From positions 15,179-79,178 of the forward strand of contig CAZXFL010000001.1 of the NCBI GenBank assembly GCA_964640385.1: a stretch of DNA of 64,000 nt, written 5' to 3'. Source of the DNA: an uncultured Actinomycetes bacterium. GTDB taxonomy: Bacteria > Actinomycetota > UBA4738 > JBBDHU01. Within the stretch, counting starts at the first letter, position 1; each line of letters opens with the position of its first letter. Below the pieces are notes generated by a model. The model did not search any database, had not been told where the DNA came from, and saw nothing but the letters and a program-made list of their open reading frames with translations. Both the position numbers and the translations under genes were made by a program. This document shows, piece by piece, positions 7,799 to 16,910 of this stretch.

Positions 7799-9985
7799 TT
7801 ACTGGCCCGGTCTGACGGGCGGCTCGTCCAAGATCATCGGGGGCATCTCGACCGATGGATCTGCCGGTCCGGTCGGCAGGTAGACGTGGAACGCCGCTCC
7901 ACCGCCCGTCCGTTCGTTCACCCACGCCCGGCCTCCGTGCAGCTCGGCGAACCGTGCTACCAAGGACAGGCCGATGCCGACACCGGGGGATTGGACGGCA
8001 TCTCGACCGCCCTGCTTGAACGGTTCGAAGATCGTGTCCCACAGATCGGGCGGCACCCCCGGCCCGCTGTCCTCGACCGAGATCCGCACCCCGTCGTCCT
8101 TCGGGCGGACCCGCACCCATACCTGCGTCCCGGACGGCGTGTGCCGAGCGGTGTTGGCCAGGAGATTCTCGACGATACGCTCTACCTTCGCCGCGTCGAC
8201 GTTGACCACGACGGGCTCGGCGTCGATCTCGATCGGGCGGTCGGTGGTGAACCCAAGTTCCTCGACCACTCGCCGCACGAGGTCGCCGACATCGGTGCGG
8301 TGACGCCGCGGCGCGACGATCCCTCGTTCGAGGCGGTCCATGTCCAGCAGGTCATTCACGATCCGGTGCATCTTCCGGGCGCTGGATGCCAGACCCCGGA
8401 CCAGGCTCTGGCGGTCGCGCGGCGAGAGCATCGCCTCTTCTCGTTCAAGCGTCATCGCCGATCCGAGCATCGACGTGATCGGGCTCCGAAGGTCGTGGGA
8501 GACGGCGTGCAGGAGCGTGTTCTTCACCTCGTCGAGCTGCTGGAGGTGCTCCACAGCCTTCCGCTCGCGGCTCAGGGCCTCGGCGAGCTCCTCCTCGCTC
8601 TGGCGTCGGGCCGTGATGTCGTAGAGGAGGCCCTGGATCAGCCACGGTTCCCCGTCGTCGTTGCGCAGGATCTGGGCTTCCTCGCGGATCCACACGATGC
8701 GTCCGTCGTCGCGGACCATTCGGTACTCCTGCGCCATGGCCTCGCCGGTGCGGCGGTGTTCCACGTAGGTGTCCCAGACCCGGTCGAGGTCGTCCGGGTA
8801 GACGCGGCTCGCCCAGTAGTTCGGCGAACTCAGCCATTCCTCGACCGTGCCACCGATGATCGTCTCCACCTGGGGACTGATATAGATGGAGTCCTGGTCC
8901 TCGTCGATGGGATCGAGGTAGGTGATCGCCGGCAGCTGCTCGATCAGGGCCCGGTACTTGGTCTCAGCCTCCTTGAGCTGCTCCACCGCGTGCTTCTGTT
9001 CGGTCATGTCGAGCCAGATCCCTTGCCAATAGAGGGGGCGTCCGGCCTCGTCGCGGATGATCACGGCCTCGTCGTGAACCCACACCACGCTGCCGTCCTT
9101 GGCGAGCATGCGGTACTCGAGTTTCCACGGCGCCTCCGTTCGCAGGACCAGGTCCTGATCGGCGAGGGCCTGTTCCCGGTCGTCGGGATGCAGGATCTGC
9201 CGCCACCTGTCGGGTTCTGCGACCCATTCGTCGGGTGTGTAGCCGAGGAGCGACTCGACCTGGGGGCTGATGTAGATGGCCGAACTCGCCTCGTTGTACG
9301 CATCCAGGTACACGACGGCCGGGATGGTCTCCACGAGCGAGCGGAACCGTGTCTCGGCCTCCGACAGTGCCTCGGCCGTCGCCGCGTGCTGCTCGGCGAC
9401 ACGCCGCGACTCGGACGCCGTGCGCCGGAGCTCGAGCTGGGTGATGGCCTGACGTGCGAGCGTCGACAGTGCGGCCACCTGGTCGGAGGACAGGCCCCGC
9501 TCGGTCCGATCCATCACGCAGAGGGTTCCGACGACGAACCCTTCCGGCGAGGTGATCGGAGCACCCGCGTAGAAGCTGATCAGGGGGTCGGAGACCACCA
9601 TGGGGAGGTTGGCGAAGCGCTGGTCCTCGGCGGCGTCCTGGACCACCAGGGGCTCGCCTGTGGCGACCACATGGGAGCAGAAGGATTCGGGCCGAGCGGT
9701 CTGGGCCGCCAGGAGCCCGAGGTTGGCTTTGGACCACGTCCGCCGGTCGTCGACGAAGTTGATTAGGGCGATCGGCGTCCGGCAGATCGTGGCCGCCAGA
9801 CGTGCAAGGTCGTCGAAGGCCTCCTCGGGCGGGGTGTCGAGGACGCCGTAGGCGAGGAGGGCTTCCAGCCGCTTGGTCTCGGGGTCGGGTTCACCGACCT
9901 GAGCCGGCGGGGAGGCCGAAGGGTCGTCAGCTGGGTTCCGCGGCGCAGGCACGTCCCTCTCAGTATCGGCAGCTCTCGCCGGCAA
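7799..9985 (-). CDS. sensor histidine kinase with GAF and tandem PAS domains (HisKA + HATPase_c)
   Basis: 728 aa. N-terminal GAF, two PAS-like repeats (repeated YISPQVE...WV motifs), a phosphoacceptor region and a C-terminal HATPase domain (GGVGIGLSLVARFAELHGG). No response regulator is adjacent. Confidence 0.8.
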   Translation of the reverse strand: MPARAADTERDVPAPRNPADDPSASPPAQVGEPDPETKRLEALLAYGVLDTPPEEAFDDLARLAATICRTPIALINFVDDRRTWSKANLGLLAAQTARPESFCSHVVATGEPLVVQDAAEDQRFANLPMVVSDPLISFYAGAPITSPEGFVVGTLCVMDRTERGLSSDQVAALSTLARQAITQLELRRTASESRRVAEQHAATAEALSEAETRFRSLVETIPAVVYLDAYNEASSAIYISPQVESLLGYTPDEWVAEPDRWRQILHPDDREQALADQDLVLRTEAPWKLEYRMLAKDGSVVWVHDEAVIIRDEAGRPLYWQGIWLDMTEQKHAVEQLKEAETKYRALIEQLPAITYLDPIDEDQDSIYISPQVETIIGGTVEEWLSSPNYWASRVYPDDLDRVWDTYVEHRRTGEAMAQEYRMVRDDGRIVWIREEAQILRNDDGEPWLIQGLLYDITARRQSEEELAEALSRERKAVEHLQQLDEVKNTLLHAVSHDLRSPITSMLGSAMTLEREEAMLSPRDRQSLVRGLASSARKMHRIVNDLLDMDRLERGIVAPRRHRTDVGDLVRRVVEELGFTTDRPIEIDAEPVVVNVDAAKVERIVENLLANTARHTPSGTQVWVRVRPKDDGVRISVEDSGPGVPPDLWDTIFEPFKQGGRDAVQSPGVGIGLSLVARFAELHGGRAWVNERTGGGAAFHVYLPTGPADPSVEMPPMILDEPPVRPGQ

Positions 9986-10034
9986 CCTTACGCCTCTTGC
10001 AAGCAGGCGACGAGCGGCGGCCTAGACTGCCCTC

Positions 10035-10676
10035 GTGGGGAACGACGAGCCGACACCGATGGATCGGTTGCAGGAGGCCGCCAAGGGCCAGGGCGGCGGC
10101 TCCACCGACCGGATCCTCACGATCCCGAACCTGATCTCGCTCGCAAGGATCCTCCTCATCCCGGTGGTCGTCTGGCTACTCATCCACCCGGAAACGGCCG
10201 GCTGGGGGATCCTGCTGCTCGCCATCGTGGTCGGCACCGATTGGATCGACGGGCGCATCGCCCGCCGCTACAACCAGGTCTCTGAGCTCGGGAAGCTGCT
10301 GGACCCGACGGCCGACCGCCTGATCATCGCTGCGGGGCTCATCTCGCTGGTGGTGGTGGGCGCCTTCCCCCTGTGGGCAGCCCTCCTGGTGATCGTGCGC
10401 GACGTCTTCACGATGAGCATGTGGATCCTCCTGCTCAAGCGCCGGCTGCGGATCGACGTCCGCTACATCGGGAAGTCCGCCACCTTCATGCTCATGGCTG
10501 GGATCCCGCTGATCGCCTGGGGCAACTTCGATCTGCCCCTCGCGGCGGCCGCGCTGGCGATCGGATGGATGTCCTATGCCGTCGGCGTGGTCGAGTACTA
10601 CATCGCCGCCTATCTCTACATCGGGGACGTCCGGCGGGTCCTTGACCTGCGGAAACGGGGGTCAACCTCAGGGTGA
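10035..10676 (+). CDS. pgsA: CDP-alcohol phosphatidyltransferase (PgsA-like)
   Basis: CDP-OH phosphatidyltransferase motif (GTDWIDGRIARRYNQVSELGKLLDPTADRL) and multiple TM helices. Confidence 0.75.
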   Translation: MGNDEPTPMDRLQEAAKGQGGGSTDRILTIPNLISLARILLIPVVVWLLIHPETAGWGILLLAIVVGTDWIDGRIARRYNQVSELGKLLDPTADRLIIAAGLISLVVVGAFPLWAALLVIVRDVFTMSMWILLLKRRLRIDVRYIGKSATFMLMAGIPLIAWGNFDLPLAAAALAIGWMSYAVGVVEYYIAAYLYIGDVRRVLDLRKRGSTSG

Positions 10677-10846
10677 TAGCCAGGTCTTGAGGGCTCCCTA
10701 CCTCGCGCCACATCCTCAAGTTGAGCTTTCCATGAGCAACCCTGAACCCCATGATAGGAGCAGGCGCAGCCGGTGGTGAACGTCGACGTCTCGCCCTTCG
10801 ACAGAGAAGAAGGGTCGCAGATCTCCTTCGAACCCCAGAGCGACAG

Positions 10847-10875
10847 TTGACCCTCCCCTCATGTTTGGGTAACGT
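10847..10875 (+). promoter_or_regulatory. candidate sigma-70-like promoter (TTGACC - 17 nt - TAACGT) upstream of the FHA gene
   Basis: TTGACC at 10847-10852 and TAACGT at 10870-10875 with a 17-nt spacer, about 18 nt before the CDS start at 10893. Confidence 0.35.
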
Positions 10876-10892
10876 CCCGGCACGAGTCCGAC

Positions 10893-11426
10893 ATGATCGC
10901 GCGTGACCCGGTCGAGCCGGTCTCAACCTCCGAGGCAGCCTTCCGAGAGGAGACGTCGAGGGTGTTCTGTACCCGTTGTGGACATCCCAACAAGGACGAC
11001 GCGCGATTCTGTGCGAACTGTGGTGGTCCACTTCAAGGAGACACCACGCTGTCCCTGAACCCCGTTGAAGTTGAGGACGAGGCTGCGGCGGATGTCGCCG
11101 ATCTCGCCAGGGACCTGCGGCCTGGGCAGGCTCTCCTTGTGGTCAAGCATGGCCCGAACGAAGGGTCGAGCTTGCTGATCGAGCCAGGCACGGAGATCAC
11201 GACGATCGGCCGCAGCCCGGACAGCGACATGTTCCTGGACGACGTGACGGTCTCCCGCAAGCATGCGGAGATCCGCGAACGCGACGACGGCTTCTACATC
11301 CACGACGTGGGGAGTCTGAACGGGACGTACGTCAACCGGGAGCGGGTCGATGAGACCAAGCTGGCATCGGGGGACGAGCTACAGATCGGCAAGTTCCGCC
11401 TGCTCTTCGTCCCGGGGGAGGCCTAG
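10893..11426 (+). CDS. FHA-domain protein with N-terminal zinc ribbon (GarA/OdhI-like context)
   Basis: N-terminal CxxC...CxxC (CTRCGHPNKDDARFCANCGG) followed by an FHA domain (ITTIGRSPDSDMFLDDVTVSRKHAEI...GSLNGTYVN). Followed by a MerR gene, as in the Mycobacterium garA/Rv1828 pair. Confidence 0.75.
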   Translation: MIARDPVEPVSTSEAAFREETSRVFCTRCGHPNKDDARFCANCGGPLQGDTTLSLNPVEVEDEAAADVADLARDLRPGQALLVVKHGPNEGSSLLIEPGTEITTIGRSPDSDMFLDDVTVSRKHAEIRERDDGFYIHDVGSLNGTYVNRERVDETKLASGDELQIGKFRLLFVPGEA

Positions 11427-11428
11427 CC

Positions 11429-12133
11429 GTGCCTGCCCGGAACTACCAGTCCATCGGAGAGGTGCTGGTCGGCCTCAAGACTGAGTACCCGGACATCACG
11501 ATCTCCAAGATCCGGTTCTTGGAGTCGGAGGGCCTCATCGCCCCGGAGCGAACGCCCTCGGGATACCGGAAGTTCTACGACCCGGACGTGGATCGCCTCC
11601 GGATGATCCTCAAGCTCCAGCGGGACGAGTACCTGCCTCTGAAGGTCATCAAGGAGCGGCTCCAGGAGCAGGAGGCCGGCGAGGAGGCTGGGGAGATGCC
11701 CTCGGTCGATATGGAGGAGGACGGCGGGTCCGATCTCGCCGAGCCGGTCACGGGCCTGCAGATGAGCATCGATGAGATGTCCACGGCCACCGGCGTCGAA
11801 CCCGAGCGGATCAAGGAGCTCGAGTCGTTCGGGCTCATCTGTTCCCACGGGCCCGAGGGCGCGACCTACTACGACGGCGACGACTACCTCGTCCTATCCA
11901 TCGTGAAGGACTTCTTCCAGTACGGGGTCGAGCCCCGGCACCTGCGGATGTACCAGCTGTTCGGCGAACGGGAGTCCGGATTCTTCGAGTCCATCGTGGT
12001 CCCCGTCCTGCGCCAGCGGAACCCGGATGCGCGCAAGCAAGCGATCGGGACTCTCCAGGACCTATCGCGGGCGTCCCGCAAGTTGAGGGCCGCCCTGCTG
12101 CGCATCAACCTCAAGGAGTACCTGTCCGGCTAG
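11429..12133 (+). CDS. MerR-family transcriptional regulator (Rv1828-like)
   Basis: MerR HTH (YQSIGEVLVGLKTEYPDITISKIRFLESEGLI) with a second MerR-like repeat in the C-terminal half. Translationally adjacent to the FHA gene. Confidence 0.75.
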   Translation: MPARNYQSIGEVLVGLKTEYPDITISKIRFLESEGLIAPERTPSGYRKFYDPDVDRLRMILKLQRDEYLPLKVIKERLQEQEAGEEAGEMPSVDMEEDGGSDLAEPVTGLQMSIDEMSTATGVEPERIKELESFGLICSHGPEGATYYDGDDYLVLSIVKDFFQYGVEPRHLRMYQLFGERESGFFESIVVPVLRQRNPDARKQAIGTLQDLSRASRKLRAALLRINLKEYLSG

Positions 12134-12154
12134 GCCGGGCGGGGAGGAACAACC

Positions 12155-13405
12155 GTGCCGCGCCCCCGCCTCGCGAGGATCGCCGCTGCCCTCATCCTGA
12201 CGGTGATGGGGGCGATCGTTCCGCTCGCTTCCGTCGCAGCTGTCCAGGGCCCTCCGCCGACCCCCGTCCCGCCACGCGGTTCGCCCTCGCCGTTCATCCA
12301 GCGCCTGGACACGGCCCCGGCCACGGCCAAACCTCCGCGGATCCAGGCCAAGACCACGACCCTGGTCGACCTCGACACGGGACAGGTCCTGTATGAACGG
12401 CGACCCGACCTTGAGCGGCCGATAGCGAGCCTGACCAAAGTGATGACGGCCCTCCTGGTCCTCGAGGAGGCGAAGCTCAAGCAGCAGGTCACCGCGTCCC
12501 CGGAGGCGGTCCGGACGGCGGCGGTGGGGCTCTCATCGTTGGGCCTCCGTCCCGGGGAGAAGATCAGCGTCCAGGACCTGCTGTGGGCCCTGCTGCTCGG
12601 CTCGGCGAACGATGCGGCGGTGGCACTGGCCGAGCACGTCGCGGGCAGCGTCCCGGCGTTCGTGAAGCAGATGAATCGCCGAGCCGCGCAGCTCGGGATG
12701 GACCGCACCCATTTCGCTTCCCCGAACGGCCTGAGTGACAAGGGGTACTCGACCGCAGCGGACCTGATGACGGTGACACGTGAAGCCATGCAGCTGCCGA
12801 CGTTTGCGAGGATGGTGCGGACGAAGTCCCACACGGTGAAAGGGAAACCGCCTCGGCGCATCCAGAACCGGAACGTGTTGCTGTGGCTGTACCCGGGCGC
12901 GACGGGTGTCAAGACCGGGTTCACCACCGCGGCCCGCTACAACGTGATCGCGACCGCCCAGCGGAGTGGCCGCCGGTTGATCGTCGTCGTGCTCGGGGAG
13001 CCGCGCGAGGCGTTCTCCGACTCGGCGGAGTTGCTGAACTACGGCTTCAAGGGATTCACGCCGACCGAGGTGATCGCGGCCGGCGAGCTGGTGGGTCAGC
13101 GCACCGTGGGCGGTCGCCGGGTCGCGCTGGCGGCGGGGGCATCCTTCACGGCGCTCGCGCCGAAGAAGGGCCCTAGCGATGTCGCGTTCCGTCCCCTCCT
13201 GGACGCGGAGGTGTTTGACCCCGCTCCCGGGACCGAAGTCGGCCTCGTCCGCATCTCGCTCTCCGGGCGGGAGATCGGTAGCGTGCCGCTCGTCGTGTCC
13301 GAGGTCCTCGACACTTCGGCGGCCTCCGAACCGTCGGCGTGGACCCGGGCTGCGGAGGACGTCGCCAGGGGGCTCGGTGGCGCGCTCGGCGATGTATTGG
13401 GCTGA
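12155..13405 (+). CDS. dacB: D-alanyl-D-alanine carboxypeptidase (serine peptidase S11 / PBP5 family)
   Basis: Signal peptide and an SxxK active site (ASLTKVM). S11 family layout with a C-terminal PBP5-like domain. Confidence 0.75.
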   Translation: MPRPRLARIAAALILTVMGAIVPLASVAAVQGPPPTPVPPRGSPSPFIQRLDTAPATAKPPRIQAKTTTLVDLDTGQVLYERRPDLERPIASLTKVMTALLVLEEAKLKQQVTASPEAVRTAAVGLSSLGLRPGEKISVQDLLWALLLGSANDAAVALAEHVAGSVPAFVKQMNRRAAQLGMDRTHFASPNGLSDKGYSTAADLMTVTREAMQLPTFARMVRTKSHTVKGKPPRRIQNRNVLLWLYPGATGVKTGFTTAARYNVIATAQRSGRRLIVVVLGEPREAFSDSAELLNYGFKGFTPTEVIAAGELVGQRTVGGRRVALAAGASFTALAPKKGPSDVAFRPLLDAEVFDPAPGTEVGLVRISLSGREIGSVPLVVSEVLDTSAASEPSAWTRAAEDVARGLGGALGDVLG

Positions 13406-13419
13406 GTAGACTGCCCGCG

Positions 13420-13992
13420 ATGGCCGAGGGATGTACCGTCCTGTTCACCGCCGAACAGATCCGGCAACGCGTCGGGGAGCTCGGCCGCGAGATCGCGAAC
13501 GACTACGCCGCGCGCCGCCCCATCCTGATCGCGGTCCTGCGGGGCAGTTCCGTCTTCCTGGCCGACCTGATCCGGGTGACCCCTGTTCCCGTCGAGATCG
13601 ATTTCATGTCGATCTCCTCCTACGGCGGGGGAGGGGACAAAGGCGGCCGGGTGCGCATCATCAAGGACCTCGAGGAGGACATCGGGGATCGGGACGTCAT
13701 CCTCGTGGAGGACATCGTGGACACCGGCCTGACCGTGAACTACCTGGTCTCGGCGCTGCGTTCGCGGTCCCCCCGCTCCGTGGAGGTTTGTGCTCTGCTG
13801 GATAAATCGGTCCGCCGGATCGCGCCGCTGCCGGTGCGCTACGTGGGGTTCGACTGCCCGGATCGATTCGTCATCGGCTACGGGCTGGACTACGAACAAC
13901 GCTACCGGAACCTCACAGAGATCCTGACCGTGGACGACATGGAAGCGCTTTCCTCCGGCCCTCTGCTGGAGGCCGGGCCGGAGCCATCATGA
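13420..13992 (+). CDS. hpt: hypoxanthine-guanine phosphoribosyltransferase
   Basis: PRTase type I motifs (VILVEDIVDTGLT, PRPP-binding loop) and HPRT-like N-terminus (FTAEQIRQRVGELGREIANDY). ATG 13420 chosen within ORF 13339..13992. Confidence 0.85.
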   Translation: MAEGCTVLFTAEQIRQRVGELGREIANDYAARRPILIAVLRGSSVFLADLIRVTPVPVEIDFMSISSYGGGGDKGGRVRIIKDLEEDIGDRDVILVEDIVDTGLTVNYLVSALRSRSPRSVEVCALLDKSVRRIAPLPVRYVGFDCPDRFVIGYGLDYEQRYRNLTEILTVDDMEALSSGPLLEAGPEPS

Positions 13993-14050
13993 CCGCCCCC
14001 GTGATGGCTTGCCGTAGTTGGGGGCCGTGGCTACAGTGGGTTTCTGGACC

Positions 14051-14521
14051 ATGATCGAGATGAGCCTCGCGGGCGTGCGCGTCGAGCTCCCCAGCAACCA
14101 GCCCATCGTGTTGCTCAAAGAGGAGTCCGGCGAGCGTTACCTGCCCATTTGGATCGGCGCCGCCGAGGCGGCTGCCATCGCCTTCGCACTACAGGGCGTC
14201 GTCACGCCCCGGCCGATGACCCACGATCTGATGAAGAACGTGCTGGAGGAGGTAGGGGCTGCCGTCGACCGGATCGTGATCACGGACCTGCGGGAGGGAA
14301 CCTTCTACGCCGTTATCCGCCTGCACCAGAACGGAACTGTTCACGAGATCTCGTCGAGGCCGAGTGACGCCATCGCCCTCGCCGTCCGGTACGAGTGCCC
14401 GATCTTCGCCGACGAGGACGTCCTCTCCGAGGCCTCGATCCTCATCCCGACCGAGGAAGAAGAAGAGGTCGAGAGGTTCCGGGAGTTCCTCAACACGGTC
14501 GAGCCCGAGGATTTCGCCTAG
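14051..14521 (+). CDS. DUF151 / bifunctional nuclease (BFN) family protein (Rv1829-like)
   Basis: Conserved DUF151 core (PIVLLKEESGERYLPIWIGAAEAAAIA...HDL...VIITDLREGTFYA). Start uncertain (14018 or 14051). Confidence 0.6.
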   Translation: MIEMSLAGVRVELPSNQPIVLLKEESGERYLPIWIGAAEAAAIAFALQGVVTPRPMTHDLMKNVLEEVGAAVDRIVITDLREGTFYAVIRLHQNGTVHEISSRPSDAIALAVRYECPIFADEDVLSEASILIPTEEEEEVERFREFLNTVEPEDFA

Positions 14522-14917
14522 GCGCGCTCCCGGTGTTTCTGCCGGCCGCACCCCTCCTGAGCTGGATGTTCGGCGCCCCAGACCTGTAGGTCTAGGTCGA
14601 GAGGCCTAGGCGTTTCGACCCCACCTGTGGTACGAATGTGCCCACAGGTATCGGCTGAATGGTCCTCCGGAGGTAGGGCCGATGACCCACATCTAGCGGG
14701 GGAACTCCATGGCTCGCCCGGCTCGTCACTCTGGGTTTCACCGATCCTCGGCTATCTTCTCGCCGCTCTTCACGCCCGTCCTCCTGATCGGCCGCGCGTG
14801 TCTGGGCTTGGCGGCCCGGGGGCATCGTTCCTCGGGCGGAGACGTCGGCGCGGTACGGCGAGCTAACCGCGACCGACTGGAAGGGGTGGCCCGGGTCCGG
14901 CGGCCCGGGCCATCCGT

Positions 14918-15178
14918 CTATCCGTAGAAGATCACCGTGACCCAGCACCGCCCCCTGCTGTAGACGACGCCGGTGGCGACGTGGTCGTAGTTGCGACTCA
15001 GGATGTTGTCCCGATTATGGTCCGGGCTGTGCACGAAGGCGTCCTGGATACCCTCGAGGGAGCTCCCGGTGACGGCCAGTTTCCTCGGGCGCATGATCGC
15101 TTCCATGCCTGGGTATCGGCACTTCAGACCTAGGCCTTGAGTCGCGTCCTCGAAATCTGTTTGACAGCCCTCAGGCAC
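14918..15178 (-). pseudogene. CAP/SCP/PR1-like (YkwD-type) domain gene remnant, N-terminally truncated
   Basis: 86-aa ORF in a locally low-GC patch carries CAP-domain C-terminal motifs (HSPDHNRDNIL..., HVATGVVYS...RCWVTVIFY). It lacks the N-terminal helix region of a full CAP domain. Confidence 0.4.
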
Positions 15179-15215
15179 CCCACTAGGCTGCTCACGCCGT
15201 CGTAATTACGGAGCT

Positions 15216-15668
15216 GTGATGCGCGAAGAGCAGGGGTACGGGGTTCCCGAGGTTCTCAAGGTCGTTGGCGTGAGCTATCGGCAGCTGGACTATTGGGCAC
15301 GCACCGACCTGGTCCGTCCCTCGGTGCAGGACGCCGAAGGGTCGGGTACCCAGCGCGTGTACGCGTTCCAGGACCTGCTCAAGCTGCGGATCGTGAAGTC
15401 CCTGCTGGATGCGGGGGTGTCGCTCCAGAAGATCCGCACGGCCATCGACACGCTCGAGGAGCTCGAGCAGCCGGCCCAAGGGACCACGCTGATCTCCGAC
15501 GGTGAGCGGGTCTACGCCGAAGCCTCACCCGACGTGCTGCTCGACCTCCTCCAGCGGGGCCAGGGCGTGTTCGCCATCTCGGTAGATCGGGCATGGACGG
15601 ACCTCGAGAAGAGCGTAGGCAAGAGCGGCAAGGCCAAGGGCCGGGTCGCGCGAGCCGGAGGGTCGTGA
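15216..15668 (+). CDS. MerR-family transcriptional regulator (Rv1830-like)
   Basis: MerR HTH (VLKVVGVSYRQLDYWARTDLVRPS...QRVYAFQDLLKLRIVKSLL). Confidence 0.65.
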   Translation: MMREEQGYGVPEVLKVVGVSYRQLDYWARTDLVRPSVQDAEGSGTQRVYAFQDLLKLRIVKSLLDAGVSLQKIRTAIDTLEELEQPAQGTTLISDGERVYAEASPDVLLDLLQRGQGVFAISVDRAWTDLEKSVGKSGKAKGRVARAGGS

Positions 15669-16039
15669 CGCCGCAGACGGTCGTCGACGGTGGCATCCTC
15701 AAGAGCGAGACCATCCGGTTCGCGCACGAGAGCGAGCGGCAGTTCGCGCGCCTTCTCGACTTCTACGAGATCGAGTGGGAGTACGAACCGACTTCGTTCG
15801 ATCTGACGTGGGACGAGGAAGGCAAGGTCACGCAGCGGTTCACCCCGGATTTCTACATGCCCCAGTACGACCTGTACATCGAGATCACGACCTTGAACCA
15901 GAAGCTGGTCACGAAGAAGAACAGGAAGGTCCGTCGGCTCCGCGAGCTATACCCGGACGTGCGCTGCAAGATCTTCTACCAGCGGGACTATCTATCGCTG
16001 GTTGAGAAGTACGGTCTGGACGGTCTGGCGAAGGACTGA
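15665..16039 (+). CDS. conserved hypothetical protein, translationally coupled to the MerR regulator
   Basis: GTG start overlapping the MerR stop (GTGA). 124 aa with coherent, Lys-rich, non-repetitive composition. No recognised domain. Confidence 0.5.
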   Translation: MTPQTVVDGGILKSETIRFAHESERQFARLLDFYEIEWEYEPTSFDLTWDEEGKVTQRFTPDFYMPQYDLYIEITTLNQKLVTKKNRKVRRLRELYPDVRCKIFYQRDYLSLVEKYGLDGLAKD

Positions 16040-16054
16040 CCCCGGCGCGGGGGT

Positions 16055-16717
16055 CTAGCGGCGCGCGGCGAGAACGACGACGCCCCCGCCCAACATGCTC
16101 CGGTGGCGGACGCGAACCCGGCGGAACCCCGCGCCATACGCGAGCCCCCCCAACTCCGTTGCATCCCAACCCTGACGGTGATCGCGGGGAACGCGACCGA
16201 TGGCTCGGAGCAGGCGGACGATCGGGCCGAAGTCCGTTCCGTCGGCGATCACGAGCCGTCCGCCGGGCCGGACCACACGAGCGAGTTCATGGAATCCAGC
16301 GATCGGGTCGTGCCAATGGTGCGCCGACACGGAGCTGACGGCGGCATCGAAGGTTGCATCGGCGAACGGGAGCGCTTCGGCGGCGGCAATCGCGAACGTG
16401 GTTCGCGGTATCGTCGTCTTCTGCCGCGCCGCGCGCACCATCGAGGTTGCGGGGTCGACACCGGTGATGCGCCCGCCCGCGTTCCCTGCGATCCTCAGCG
16501 TGAGGTTGCCCGTGCCGCAGCCGACATCGATGATGCGCTCCCCGGCGGTCGGGGAGAGGGCCGCCAGGATCATCCGGTGAACCCTGCCGAAGAACAGCGG
16601 CTGGAAGAGTGACCGGTCATAGCGGGCCCCCCAGCGGTCGAACCGGCCCACGTTCCAATCCCGGGCGGCTCCCGGGTCATCAGGACCGTCGTGTCGGTGG
16701 TCTGCTCGCTCGCCCAT
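16055..16717 (-). CDS. class I SAM-dependent methyltransferase (Methyltransf_11/25-like)
   Basis: SAM-binding motif I (RIIDVGCGTGNLT) and post-I acidic residue (VTGVDPA). Only the C-terminal 220 aa of ORF 16055..17527 look like real coding sequence; an alternative start is at 16762. Confidence 0.7.
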   Translation of the reverse strand: MGERADHRHDGPDDPGAARDWNVGRFDRWGARYDRSLFQPLFFGRVHRMILAALSPTAGERIIDVGCGTGNLTLRIAGNAGGRITGVDPATSMVRAARQKTTIPRTTFAIAAAEALPFADATFDAAVSSVSAHHWHDPIAGFHELARVVRPGGRLVIADGTDFGPIVRLLRAIGRVPRDHRQGWDATELGGLAYGAGFRRVRVRHRSMLGGGVVVLAARR

Positions 16718-16892
16718 GAGCCCGATGCTATCGTCGGCAGCGATGGGGGGAGGGGAGCGCATACGCGACGACGGTGTGCCTGCGGTCCGAAGCGCAGCAC
16801 ATGCTCTAGGGGAGCGGGCGGCGGCGTGGTTCTGATTTCGCCGTCCAACAAATCGTGCCTGGCCAGAAGGGGTGTCTGCTCGTGCGTACTTA

Positions 16893-16910
16893 CCATAATG
16901 TACGTTATGG
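16893..16910. promoter_or_regulatory. 18-bp near-palindrome (CCATAATGTACGTTATGG) in an AT-rich patch upstream of the methyltransferase gene
   Basis: 16 of 18 positions are self-complementary. Lies within an unusually AT-rich 40 bp, immediately 3' of the lnt-ppm1 stop and about 175 bp upstream of the methyltransferase start. Confidence 0.3.

Noticed and set aside
312-9766. Long antisense or out-of-frame ORFs in the track, e.g. 312..1361(-), 1419..2897(-), 1912..3696(-), 4669..6057(-), 5685..6839(-), 7886..9766(+, 626 aa)
   Set aside because: Arg/Pro/Gly/Ala-rich, low-complexity translations typical of wrong-frame reading in about 70% GC DNA. Each lies antisense or offset to a CDS with clear conserved-domain content (scpA/B, rluB, tyrA, aroA, cmk, histidine kinase).
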